From an uncultured Thermoanaerobaculia bacterium (GTDB lineage Bacteria; Acidobacteriota; Thermoanaerobaculia; Gp7-AA8): DNA of 64,000 nucleotides. The notes beneath the pieces were generated by a model that made no database searches, was not told the DNA's origin, and saw only the letters and a program-made list of their open reading frames with translations. Shown here one piece after another: positions 26,878 through 35,862 of this stretch (its first letter is position 1; each line of letters opens with the position of its first letter). Both the position numbers and the translations under genes were made by a program. The stretch lies in contig CAZYTO010000002.1 of assembly GCA_964650405.1 (NCBI GenBank), positions 5,164 through 69,163 of the forward strand, in the 5' to 3' direction.

Positions 26878-28124
26878 TCGGGATCCGGCGTCTCCTCTGC
26901 GGGGCGTTCGCCTTCGGGGACGTGGCGCAGGTTGATGCGGATGCGGGTCCACGTGCTCGACCGCCCACGCATGGCGTCGATCAGCACGTCGTCGACCTCC
27001 AGCTTGCTCGCGGCCTCGGGGTGGCGGGCCTTCCACCGTTCGAGTCCGGCCAGTGCCTCCTCTTTGTGCTGGGCTTTGGCTACGGTGATGAGCGGCTGCT
27101 TGGACTGGCGTCCCTTCGACTGTCCCTTCTGGCGCGACGGTGCCACGCGGGGCGGCTCGTCTCTCTGTTTCCGATACATGGGAGGCCAGGGCGCATCGCC
27201 CTCGCCCGCCGCCTCCTGGCGGGCGGAGAGCGCGAGCAGCGCTTCGAGCGAGCCGGGGTGCGCGTCGATGCCGGCCGATGCATCGCCGTGCTCCGCGAAG
27301 CGCCGGGGCGCCGTCGCCAGCGTGTAGGCCGCCGGATCGCACTCCGCGACCTCGTCCCAGGCCAGCGGCATCGAGACGCGCGCGTCCGGTAATGGCCGCA
27401 CGGACCACGCCGAGGCGACGGTGCGGTCCTTCGCGTTCTGGTTGTAGTCGAGGAAGACGCCGTGGCGCTCCTCCTTCCACCACTTGCTCGTGGCGATGTC
27501 CGGGGCGCGCCGCTCCACTTCGCGGGCCAGGGCCAACGCGGCGCGCCGCACCTGGTCGAAGCTCCAGCGCCGCGCGACGCGTACGTTGATGTGAATGCCG
27601 CGCGATCCCGACGTCTTCGGCCAGCCCTGCAGTTCATGCTCTTCGAGGACATCCCGGACGACCAGCGCCACGCGCCGGACGTCGTCGAAGCTCACGCCGG
27701 GGCCGGGATCGAGGTCGACGCGCAGCTCGTCCGGATGATCGAGGTCATCGGCGCGCACAGGATGCGGATTCAGATCGATGCAGCCGAGGTTCACGATCCA
27801 GAGCAACTGCGCCGCGTCGCGGACGACGACCTCGCTGGCTGTGCGGCCGGAGGGGAACTTCAGCTCGACGGTCTCGATCCACTCCGGATGCTGCTCGGGC
27901 GCGCGCTTCTGGAAGAACGGCTCATGGTCCGCCCCGTTCACGTAGCGCTTCAGCACGACAGGCCGCGCCGCGATGCCCCGCAACGCTCCGTCCGCCACGG
28001 CGGCGTAGTAGTTCACCAGGTCGAGCTTCGTGTACCCGGCCTGGGGAAAGAAGACCTTCTCCGGATTGGTGATGACGACCTCACGGCCCGCGGCTTCGAC
28101 GATGGTCTGCGGCGACTTGGGCAT
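26826..28124 (-). CDS. LigD-type primase-polymerase domain protein (NHEJ polymerase)
   Basis: VITNPEKVFFP, LDLNPHP, KTSGSRGIHI motifs; start ATG 28124, just after the moaE stop. Confidence 0.8.
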   Translation of the reverse strand: MPKSPQTIVEAAGREVVITNPEKVFFPQAGYTKLDLVNYYAAVADGALRGIAARPVVLKRYVNGADHEPFFQKRAPEQHPEWIETVELKFPSGRTASEVVVRDAAQLLWIVNLGCIDLNPHPVRADDLDHPDELRVDLDPGPGVSFDDVRRVALVVRDVLEEHELQGWPKTSGSRGIHINVRVARRWSFDQVRRAALALAREVERRAPDIATSKWWKEERHGVFLDYNQNAKDRTVASAWSVRPLPDARVSMPLAWDEVAECDPAAYTLATAPRRFAEHGDASAGIDAHPGSLEALLALSARQEAAGEGDAPWPPMYRKQRDEPPRVAPSRQKGQSKGRQSKQPLITVAKAQHKEEALAGLERWKARHPEAASKLEVDDVLIDAMRGRSSTWTRIRINLRHVPEGERPAEETPDPDYDPWLAWRTPKTRSSS

Positions 28125-28131
28125 GACGTGC

Positions 28132-28554
28132 TCAGGACGCGGACTGCTGCCACCCCACCCACTCTTCACCGTCGGGGCCGCGCTCCTTCTTCCAGATGGG
28201 AACGCTCTTCTTGATCTCGTCGATGACCATGCGGCATGCACTAAACGCCTCGGCGCGGTGGGGGGAGGTACAGACGATGGCGATAGAAGTGTCGCCGACG
28301 TGCAGGAGGCCGAGGCGGTGCTGGACGGCGATGGCGACCGTGGGGTACTTCGCGGCAGTGGCGTCGACGACGCGGCCGATCTCTTTCTCGGCCATGGGGT
28401 GGTAGGCCTCGTAGGTGATCGACTCGACACGCTTCCCTTCGTGATGATCGCGGACGATTCCCTCGAAAACGACGCTGGCGCCGTCGCTTGGACGCAGCAC
28501 GTCGCGGGTCAGGGCCGCGACATCGATCACGGCGTCCGTGAGATAGCGCGTCAT
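28132..28554 (-). CDS. moaE: molybdopterin synthase catalytic subunit MoaE
   Basis: VVFEGIVRDHHEGKRV ... SPHRAEAF ... PIWKKE motifs. Confidence 0.85.
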   Translation of the reverse strand: MTRYLTDAVIDVAALTRDVLRPSDGASVVFEGIVRDHHEGKRVESITYEAYHPMAEKEIGRVVDATAAKYPTVAIAVQHRLGLLHVGDTSIAIVCTSPHRAEAFSACRMVIDEIKKSVPIWKKERGPDGEEWVGWQQSAS

Positions 28555-28796
28555 CCTCCGGCCACCGGTGGAATGAAGACGAGCTCGTCGCCGTCGGAAA
28601 GCGGGGCGTCGGGCGAGGCGTACGACTCGTTCACGGCCGTCAGCGGAGGCTGCTCGTAGTCGGCCAGGCGGGGATGGGCCGCACGCAGGCGGGCCCAGAC
28701 GTCGCGGGGGCTGGTACCGTCGGGAAGCGTGACGTCGCTCCCGCTCTCCCCGATAATGTCGCGCAGCACCGCGAAGTAGAGCAGCCGCACTTTCAT
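28551..28796 (-). CDS. moaD: molybdopterin synthase sulfur-carrier subunit MoaD
   Basis: 81 aa ending DELVFIPPVAGG (C-terminal Gly-Gly); 4-nt overlap with moaE. Confidence 0.8.
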   Translation of the reverse strand: MKVRLLYFAVLRDIIGESGSDVTLPDGTSPRDVWARLRAAHPRLADYEQPPLTAVNESYASPDAPLSDGDELVFIPPVAGG

Positions 28797-28808
28797 CGCG
28801 GGCATTCT

Positions 28809-29012
28809 ATGACCGGGAAGAAGTTCGAGGCGACCATGACCGTGGCCGAGGCCTTGGCGGCGCATCCGCACGCCCGCTGGGTCTTTGCCGCGTACCACGT
28901 CGGGGGCTGCAACGGCTGCTCGCGTGTCGAGGACGAGACCATCGCCGAGGTGGCGGAAGGCTATCAGCTCCCCCTGGAAAGATTTCTCGCCGATCTCAAC
29001 GCCCTGGGTTAA
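28809..29012 (+). CDS. DUF1858-type small redox-disulfide-domain protein
   Basis: 67 aa, TVAEALAAHPHARWVFAAYHVGGCNGC motif; internal ATG 28809. Confidence 0.55.
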   Translation: MTGKKFEATMTVAEALAAHPHARWVFAAYHVGGCNGCSRVEDETIAEVAEGYQLPLERFLADLNALG

Positions 29013-29114
29013 CTCCGGGCCCGCTCGCACGTAGTAACGCAGTATGAGGAAGGCGCTGGGACTTCTCTTCTTCCTGGTTTCGTGTGCCGTCCATGCGGAC
29101 GGCCCGCGCCTGCC

Positions 29115-29675
29115 TCACACGCCGATCTGGGGAGCGATCTCCAACAGCGCTTCGCGCACGAAGGCGATGTGCTCCTCGAGGTCGACGCCCAGCTCCTCGA
29201 CCCCGTGGTAGATGTCGTCGCGGCTGACGCTGCGGGCGAAGGCCTTGTCCTTCAGCTTCTTCTTCACCGAGGCTGGTTTCACGTCGGCCATCTGCTTGCT
29301 CGGTTGTACGAGGGCGCAGGCCACGAGAAACCCGCAGAGCTCGTCGCAGGCGAAAAGTGCCTTGGCCATGAGCGTCTCGCGCGGCACGTTGGTGTAGGGA
29401 GCGTGACCCAGGATGGCGCGGCGGAAGTCCTCGTCGAAGCCGTGCTCTTCGAGGATCTTCGAGCCGACCCAGGGATGCTGCTCGGCGGTCGGGAACTGCT
29501 CATAATCGAAGTCGTGCAGCAGGCCGGCCATGCCCCAGCGCACGGGGTCTTCCGCGGGCGCGTACTTGCGGGCGCAGGCCTTCATGGCGTGCTCAACGGC
29601 CAGGGCGTGCTTTCGCAGCGAGTCGGTCTTCGTGTATTCGTGCAGAAGGGCGAGAGCGTCGTCGCGTGTCTTCAC
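29115..29675 (-). CDS. HD-domain phosphohydrolase
   Basis: HALAVEHAM ... AGLLHDFDY (HD motif). Confidence 0.75.
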   Translation of the reverse strand: MKTRDDALALLHEYTKTDSLRKHALAVEHAMKACARKYAPAEDPVRWGMAGLLHDFDYEQFPTAEQHPWVGSKILEEHGFDEDFRRAILGHAPYTNVPRETLMAKALFACDELCGFLVACALVQPSKQMADVKPASVKKKLKDKAFARSVSRDDIYHGVEELGVDLEEHIAFVREALLEIAPQIGV

Positions 29676-30141
29676 GGGGCAGGCAGTTTACCAAGGGGGC
29701 CGAAGGGGAGACGGCGAAGAACTTGCCACGTGACGGCAGGAAGGAATTGCAACAGTTGAGTCCGAAGTGGAAAAACTTACCAGGGTCGGGCGATGACCCA
29801 GCCGAGCTCGTCAAGCGGTCGTGATCTTGATCCAAGTGCCGTAAAACCAGTATTTTCCGTCATCGTGCTCAGCTCGGATCTCCTTGCCGGACATGGCTTT
29901 ACTCCGTAATAACTCACTCCGCAACCGATTGGCGTGCATCCTGCAGTAGGGGAGGGCACGATGAAAGTGGTTTCGATAAACTCGAAGCCGTGCTTGCGCG
30001 GATCCAACCTGAACCGTCCGCGCCTAGTGGCCGCTGCGGGCTCCCTCCTAAACTATTGGACCGATTTTGGACGATTAATCACTTAGCTTCCTTGAATCCT
30101 GCCAACTGGCCGCAGCGGTCCAGCCCTACGATGCATCACGA

Positions 30142-30171
30142 GCGGAGCCGAAAGGCTCCGCAAGTGTTTTT
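30142..30171 (+). terminator. hairpin with GAAA tetraloop followed by a T run
   Basis: GCGGAGCC GAAA GGCTCCGC then AAGTGTTTTT; lies in a gene-free, low-GC interval. Confidence 0.45.
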
Positions 30172-30210
30172 GGGGAGAAACCGGTGCGCCGCGGGTAACG
30201 GCTGGGGCGC

Positions 30211-30287
30211 GGCACTCGGCACTCAGCACTCGGCACTCAGCACTCGGCACTCAGCACTCGGCACTCGGCACTCGGCACTCGGCACTC
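30211..30287. repeat. 11 tandem heptamers (GGCACTC/AGCACTC) upstream of polA
   Basis: Exactly 77 nt = 11 units by hand count; ends 16 nt before the polA ATG. Confidence 0.9.
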
Positions 30288-30303
30288 ATATAATCCCGCC
30301 TCC

Positions 30304-32973
30304 ATGCCGGCGAAGAAGCGCCCGTCTCTCTTCATCGTTGACGGCTCGAACAACATCTACCGCTCGTACTACGCGATCCGCAATCTGACGAACTCCGCCG
30401 GGCTTGCCACGAACGCGGTCTACGGCTTCACCACGATGCTGCGGAAGATGCTGAAGGACCACGATCCCGATTGCGTGGCCGTGGCCTTCGACGTGAGCGG
30501 GGCGAAGACGCGCCATGAGGCCTTCGCCGACTACAAGAAGGACCGCCGGCCGATGCCGGACGACCTGGCGGTGCAGTTGCCCTTCGTGGACGAGATCCTC
30601 GACGGTCTCGGCATTCCGAAGATCACGGTCGAGGACTGGGAAGCGGACGACCTGATCGGATCGCTGGCCTGCAATGCCCGCGAACGCGGCTACGACGTGG
30701 TGATCGCCACCTCGGACAAGGACTTCTTCCAGCTCGTCGGCGACGGCATCCGGCTCTATCACACGGGCCGCGAGGTCATGTACGACGCTCCGGGCGTTGC
30801 CGAGGTCTTCGGACTGCCGCCGGAGAAGGTGGTCGACGTCATGGCCATCTGGGGCGACGCCATCGACAACATCCCCGGCGTTCCCGGCATCGGTGAGAAG
30901 GGCGCCAAGGGCCTCATCCAGCAGTTCGGGTCCCTGGAGGGCGTCTACGAGCACCTGGACGAGCTGAAGCCGGCCCAGCGCAAGAAGCTCGAGGAGAACC
31001 GCGAGAAGGCGTTCCTCTCCCGCGAGCTGGCCACGATCAAGCGCGACCTGAGCATCGAGACCATCGAGTTCGACTCGCTGAAGCGCCGCGATCCGGACCG
31101 CCCGAAGCTGCACGACGTCTTCTCGCGGCTCGAGTTCGCGTCGCTGATGCAGGAGTACCTGCCGGAAGCGCCGCCGGTGGAGCGGGAGACGCGCATCGCC
31201 ACGAGCGCCGAGGAGATCCGGGAGCTGGCCGAGCCCTACGAAGGAAACGACGAGCCCCTGGCACTGTGGATCGAGAGCATCACGCCTGATGGATTCGACG
31301 CTCTCCTGGCGGCCTCACTGGCGCGCACGCAGTCGGAGTCGCTCATCATTCCGATCGCTCCCGGCTATGGCGGCAATGAAGCCATGTCGGCGGAACTGAA
31401 ACGGCTGCTGGCCTCCGGCCGCGTCTTCGTCGCGCACGACATCAAGCTGCTCATGCGGCGGCTGGCCGCAAACGGCTGGCCCCTGCCGCGACGGTTCGGC
31501 GACACGATGATCATGTCCTACGTGATCAACCCCGGTCTGCCCAGCCACTCGCTGGAGAACGTCATCCGCGATCGTCTGAAGCAGGATGTGCTGACCCGCA
31601 AGGACCTGCAGAAGACCGCGCCGCTGTTCGCGCTCGACCACGAGATCGGCTCCTCCGCCATCGGTCCCTACCAGGCATACCTCGGCGAGAAGCCCGCACT
31701 GGCCGTGGCGCTGTCCGCCGCGCTCGAGCCGGAGCTGCGCCGCGATCAGTCGCTGGTGAAGATCTATGAGACGATCGAGCTGCCGCTCATCCCCGTGCTC
31801 GAGCGGATGGAGGAGCGCGGCATCCGCATCGACGCCTCTCTGCTCCGGAGCATGTCGCAGACGATGGGCGCGCAGCTCGGCGAGCTGGAAACGCAGATCT
31901 ACAAGGAGGCGGGTACCGAGTTCAACATCAACTCGCCCCAGCAGCTCGCCCACATCCTCTTCGAGAAGCTGCAGTATCCGGTGGTCAAGAAGACGAAGGG
32001 GACGAAGGCGTACTCCACGGCCGTGGACGTGCTGGAGGAGCTGGCCGGCCACGGCTTCGCCGTCCCGCAGCTCATCCTCCAGCACCGCGAGCTCTTCAAG
32101 CTGAAGTCGACCTACATCGACGCGCTGCCGCAGCTCGTCGACGCCAACGGTCGCGTGCACACCTCCTTCAACCAGGCCGTGGCCGCGACGGGGCGGCTGT
32201 CGTCGTCCGATCCGAACCTGCAGAACATCCCCATCCGCACGGAGCTGGGGCGGTCGATCCGCAAGGCCTTCATCGCCGGCGACGGGAACGTGCTCATCGC
32301 CGCCGACTACTCGCAGGTCGAGCTGCGCATCCTCGCGCATTTCACGCAGGACGCGGACCTCATCGAGACATTCCGGCGCGGCGCGGACATCCACCGGGCC
32401 ACGGCGGCGAAGATGTTCAACATCGCCGAGGCGAAGGTCACGCACGACCAGCGCCGCGCCGCCAAGACGATCAACTTCGGCGTGCTGTACGGCATGTCGG
32501 CTTTCCGCCTCTCGAACGAGCTCGGGATCACCGGCACGCAGGCCAAGGAATTCATCGACGCCTACTTCTCCCGCTACCCGACCATCCACCAGTATCTCGA
32601 CAGCACCCTCGAGGCGGCGCGGGCGACGGGAAAGGTGACGACGCTGTTCGGGCGCGTGCGGTACATCCCGGAGATCCACAACAAGTCGTTCACCGTCCGC
32701 GGCAATGCGGAACGGATGGCCACGAATGCGCCCATCCAGGGAACGGCCGCGGACATCCTGAAGCTGGCCATGATCGCCCTCGACGGCAAACTTCGCGACG
32801 GCGTGCAGATGCTCCTGACGGTTCACGACGAGATCGTCATCGAAGCCCCCGAGGCGCGGGCGGAAGAGGTGGCGGGGATCGTGAAAGAGACCATGGAGAA
32901 CATCTTCCCGCTGGCTGTGCCGCTGGCGGTGGACACGCATTGGGGGCGCAGTTGGTACGAGGCGAAGGAGTAG
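30304..32973 (+). CDS. polA: DNA polymerase I
   Basis: 889 aa with 5'-nuclease, 3'-5' exo-like and Pol A domains (DYSQVELRILAH, QGTAADI, VHDE). Confidence 0.97.
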   Translation: MPAKKRPSLFIVDGSNNIYRSYYAIRNLTNSAGLATNAVYGFTTMLRKMLKDHDPDCVAVAFDVSGAKTRHEAFADYKKDRRPMPDDLAVQLPFVDEILDGLGIPKITVEDWEADDLIGSLACNARERGYDVVIATSDKDFFQLVGDGIRLYHTGREVMYDAPGVAEVFGLPPEKVVDVMAIWGDAIDNIPGVPGIGEKGAKGLIQQFGSLEGVYEHLDELKPAQRKKLEENREKAFLSRELATIKRDLSIETIEFDSLKRRDPDRPKLHDVFSRLEFASLMQEYLPEAPPVERETRIATSAEEIRELAEPYEGNDEPLALWIESITPDGFDALLAASLARTQSESLIIPIAPGYGGNEAMSAELKRLLASGRVFVAHDIKLLMRRLAANGWPLPRRFGDTMIMSYVINPGLPSHSLENVIRDRLKQDVLTRKDLQKTAPLFALDHEIGSSAIGPYQAYLGEKPALAVALSAALEPELRRDQSLVKIYETIELPLIPVLERMEERGIRIDASLLRSMSQTMGAQLGELETQIYKEAGTEFNINSPQQLAHILFEKLQYPVVKKTKGTKAYSTAVDVLEELAGHGFAVPQLILQHRELFKLKSTYIDALPQLVDANGRVHTSFNQAVAATGRLSSSDPNLQNIPIRTELGRSIRKAFIAGDGNVLIAADYSQVELRILAHFTQDADLIETFRRGADIHRATAAKMFNIAEAKVTHDQRRAAKTINFGVLYGMSAFRLSNELGITGTQAKEFIDAYFSRYPTIHQYLDSTLEAARATGKVTTLFGRVRYIPEIHNKSFTVRGNAERMATNAPIQGTAADILKLAMIALDGKLRDGVQMLLTVHDEIVIEAPEARAEEVAGIVKETMENIFPLAVPLAVDTHWGRSWYEAKE

Positions 32974-32974
32974 G

Positions 32975-33034
32975 GCGAGTGCTGAGTGCCGAGTGCCGAG
33001 CCGGCATGAGGCATGAGTGATGAGGCATGAGAGG
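32975..33034. repeat. inverted GAGTGCC heptamers followed by GGCATGAG-type repeats
   Basis: GCGAGTGCTGAGTGCCGAGTGCCGAG then CCGGCATGAGGCATGAGTGATGAGGCATGAGAGG, starting 2 nt after the polA stop. Confidence 0.85.
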
Positions 33035-33772
33035 GCAGCCCTTCTGGCCGCCCTGCTCCTTGCGAGCTGCCAGGCGCCTTCGAAGCCGCCGCCCCCTCCT
33101 CCCTCCGGGCCTCAGATCAAGGCGACGGTCCTCACGATCACGACGGTTCAGCAGCCGGGGGCGCACACGTTGACGCACACCCTGGTGATTGCCGGTAGTC
33201 GTGCCCGGAGCAGCGATGAGCTCGATCATTGGCGTCTCTTCGATCTGGCCAAGGGCGAGGTGCTGTTCGTCGACGACGTCGCAAAGACGTACCGGCGCGC
33301 TTCGCTCGAGTCGCTCGTCTCCGATCGCAGGGACGCAGACTCGAAGCCGTTGCCGGACAGTGTGCCCCGCGCGCAGTTCACCGTGACGGATGAGACCCGC
33401 ACGCTCCTGGGCGTGGAAGCGCGCCAGTCCGTCGTCCGGATGGGTGCGTACCAGCGGCAGCTCTGGATCGCGGAGCATCCGCTCATCCCGCAGGGCCTCT
33501 TCGCCATAATGGAGGCGTCGCGGCCGGAGACCACTCCGCTGGCGGGAGTCATGCGCGAGGTCGACGACGCCCTGTTCGACGTCAAGGGTTTTCCCCTCGC
33601 GGAGCACGCAGAGCTGCCGTTCGACAACGAGAAGTGGACGCTCGACCGAACGGTCGCGAAGGTAGAGCAACAGAACGTCCCGAAGTCGTTGCTCCGGATC
33701 GCTGCGGGATACCGCGACGTCACGAAGACCGCCCCTCCCGAGCCGGTGAACGGCGACGCAACCGACCCATGA
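33020..33772 (+). CDS. lipoprotein of unknown function
   Basis: Lipobox LLLASC after a short basic N-terminus, Pro-rich linker; ATG 33020 (GTG 33017 also possible). Confidence 0.6.
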   Translation: MRHERAALLAALLLASCQAPSKPPPPPPSGPQIKATVLTITTVQQPGAHTLTHTLVIAGSRARSSDELDHWRLFDLAKGEVLFVDDVAKTYRRASLESLVSDRRDADSKPLPDSVPRAQFTVTDETRTLLGVEARQSVVRMGAYQRQLWIAEHPLIPQGLFAIMEASRPETTPLAGVMREVDDALFDVKGFPLAEHAELPFDNEKWTLDRTVAKVEQQNVPKSLLRIAAGYRDVTKTAPPEPVNGDATDP

Positions 33773-33827
33773 GGCTTCGACCGTCAGCGATCTCCCGCTC
33801 GCCGCTCGCCGCCTTCGCGCTCGCGCG

Positions 33828-35726
33828 TCACAGAATCTGCCGCACGTCCCCGACCCGCTTCGTCACGCCTTCACGGTCGAGCCACTCCAGCAGAGGGATG
33901 GCGATCTTCCGGGAGAGGCCGAAAAAGTCCTTGAACTGTCCGACGTCCATCGTCGTCCCCTTGCGGGCCTGCATGCGCTCGCGGGCCGCGGCCAGTGCGT
34001 CCGGGTGGACATAGATGCCCTCCGCCAGGCGCACGAGCTTTCCCTGTTTCACGAGAAAGCTGATGACGCCTTCGATGACCTTCGGCCTCTGCGTGCGCTC
34101 GTTGATCAGCTCGGAGACCGGCGGCGGTGCGAGAGCGGCCGCAGCGAAGCGCCCTTCGATCATCCGTGCCAGTTCTCCCTCCGCGCCGCCCAGCGTCTTC
34201 GAGCGGCCGGGGATGTCGAGGGCGTCGCCGGAGACGGCGATGATCTTTTCCCGCGCCAGGTCCTGGAGGAGGAAGTTGACGAGCTGGCCGTCCGCGCCCC
34301 GCGGCAAGAGCTTCTGCACAAACTCGCCCTTCGGTACGTTGACGGCGATCTTGTTCTTCTCGAAGTACCGCATGAGGAAGTCCATCGACCGCTTGCGGAA
34401 GTCGGCCAGCACGTCGTGATGGATCCAGCGCCGGTCGCCGGCGTCGGCGACGTGGGGAAGGTTCTTCAGCTCCTTCGTCAGCGTCTCGACGCGGATGCCG
34501 GTGCGGGCCTGCACTTCGCGGATGGTCAGGCCGCGCAGCCCTTCCAGCCGCGCCGTCAGCTCCACCCGTTCCGGGAGGGAGCCGGCAGCGAGCGTCTGGA
34601 GGAGCTCGCCGCGGGTGCCGCGGCTCAGCTTGGGAAGGTGGGCATCGAGAATCATGCCGCCGCCGATGGTGAACGCAGGCGAGTAGCGGCGGATGACGAA
34701 CCGGTCGCCGGCCACGGCCACGACGGGCGACTCGAGGCGGATCTGGACGAAGGCGCTCTGGCCCGCCTTCAGCTCGGCGGTCTCGTCGATGAAGCGGACC
34801 GTGCCGAGGAGCTCCGAGGCGAGGTGGTGGAAGCGGATGCGCGTCTGCTCCTTCAACGGCTTCACGTTTCCGGCGTCGTCCGCCAGCAGATCGAGCCTCG
34901 CCGTGATGACCGATGACGTGCGCAGGGTGTTCGGCGGGACGAGCTGCTGCCCGCGGTGGAGGCGGTCGAGCGGGATGTCGGCGAGATTGATCGACGTCCG
35001 CTCGCCCGCGGAGACCGCGTCGCGCGCCTCTCCGTGGACCTGGACGTTACGAGCCCGGCTGCGATCGCCGCCGGGCAGCACTTCGACGTCGCTCTCCACG
35101 CTCACCCTCCCCGAGTACGTCGTCCCGGTGACGACCGAGCCGAAGCCCTTCATCGTGAAGACGCGGTCGATGGGCATGCGGAAGACGCGCGTGGTGGCGT
35201 CGCGATCGTCCACCTGGGAGACCGACTGCAGGATCGCCGCGCGCAGCGCGTCGAGTCCCGCGCCCGTCACACTGCTCACCGATACGATCGGCTTGCCGGC
35301 CAGGAAGCTGCCGGCCACCATCTCCTCGACCTCCAGCCGCACCAGTTCCAGGATGTCGTCTTCCACGAGATCGCGCTTGGTGATGGCCACCAAACCGGTA
35401 GGGATGCCGAGAAGCCTGCAGATGGCGAAATGCTCCCGCGTCTGCGGTTTGATCGACTCGTCGGCGGCAACGACCAGCAGCGCGCTGTCGATCCCGCCGA
35501 TGCCCGCCAGCATGTTCTTCACGAAACGCTCATGGCCCGGCACGTCGATGAAGCCGATCTGGTAGTCGTCGGTGAACCAGCTCGCGAAGCCGAGGTCGAT
35601 GGTGATGCCGCGCTTCTTCTCCTCGGGGAGACGATCCGTGTCGACACCGGTCAACGCGCGCACGAGCGCCGTCTTGCCATGATCGATGTGGCCGGCGGTT
35701 CCGACGATGCGTTTGCGGCGAGCCAT
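33828..35726 (-). CDS. selB: selenocysteine-specific translation elongation factor SelB
   Basis: GTPase motifs GHIDHGKT, DVPGHERF, TKRD, plus C-terminal winged-helix repeats; 632 aa. Confidence 0.9.
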   Translation of the reverse strand: MARRKRIVGTAGHIDHGKTALVRALTGVDTDRLPEEKKRGITIDLGFASWFTDDYQIGFIDVPGHERFVKNMLAGIGGIDSALLVVAADESIKPQTREHFAICRLLGIPTGLVAITKRDLVEDDILELVRLEVEEMVAGSFLAGKPIVSVSSVTGAGLDALRAAILQSVSQVDDRDATTRVFRMPIDRVFTMKGFGSVVTGTTYSGRVSVESDVEVLPGGDRSRARNVQVHGEARDAVSAGERTSINLADIPLDRLHRGQQLVPPNTLRTSSVITARLDLLADDAGNVKPLKEQTRIRFHHLASELLGTVRFIDETAELKAGQSAFVQIRLESPVVAVAGDRFVIRRYSPAFTIGGGMILDAHLPKLSRGTRGELLQTLAAGSLPERVELTARLEGLRGLTIREVQARTGIRVETLTKELKNLPHVADAGDRRWIHHDVLADFRKRSMDFLMRYFEKNKIAVNVPKGEFVQKLLPRGADGQLVNFLLQDLAREKIIAVSGDALDIPGRSKTLGGAEGELARMIEGRFAAAALAPPPVSELINERTQRPKVIEGVISFLVKQGKLVRLAEGIYVHPDALAAARERMQARKGTTMDVGQFKDFFGLSRKIAIPLLEWLDREGVTKRVGDVRQIL

Positions 35727-35755
35727 CCGGCCGGAGTCTACCCGACGGAAGAGCG

Positions 35756-35862
35756 GAGAGTGGTTAGGTGAGAGTGGTTAGTGGTTAGAAGAGAGTGGTT
35801 CGGCTCCGTGGTCAGCCTAATCCCAACCACCCTAACCACTAACCACTAACCACTAACCACTC
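35756..35862. repeat. hairpin of GGTTAGT / ACTAACC heptamer arms
   Basis: Left arm 35756-35800, 16-nt spacer, right arm 35817-35862 (CTAACCACTAACCACTAACCACTAACCAC); overlaps the last codons of the DUF72 gene. Confidence 0.85.

Noticed and set aside
30289-30294. TATAAT as a proven polA promoter giving a leaderless mRNA
   Set aside because: No acceptable -35 hexamer lies 17 bp upstream, because that position is inside the heptamer array. It is mentioned only as a possibility, not annotated as a promoter.
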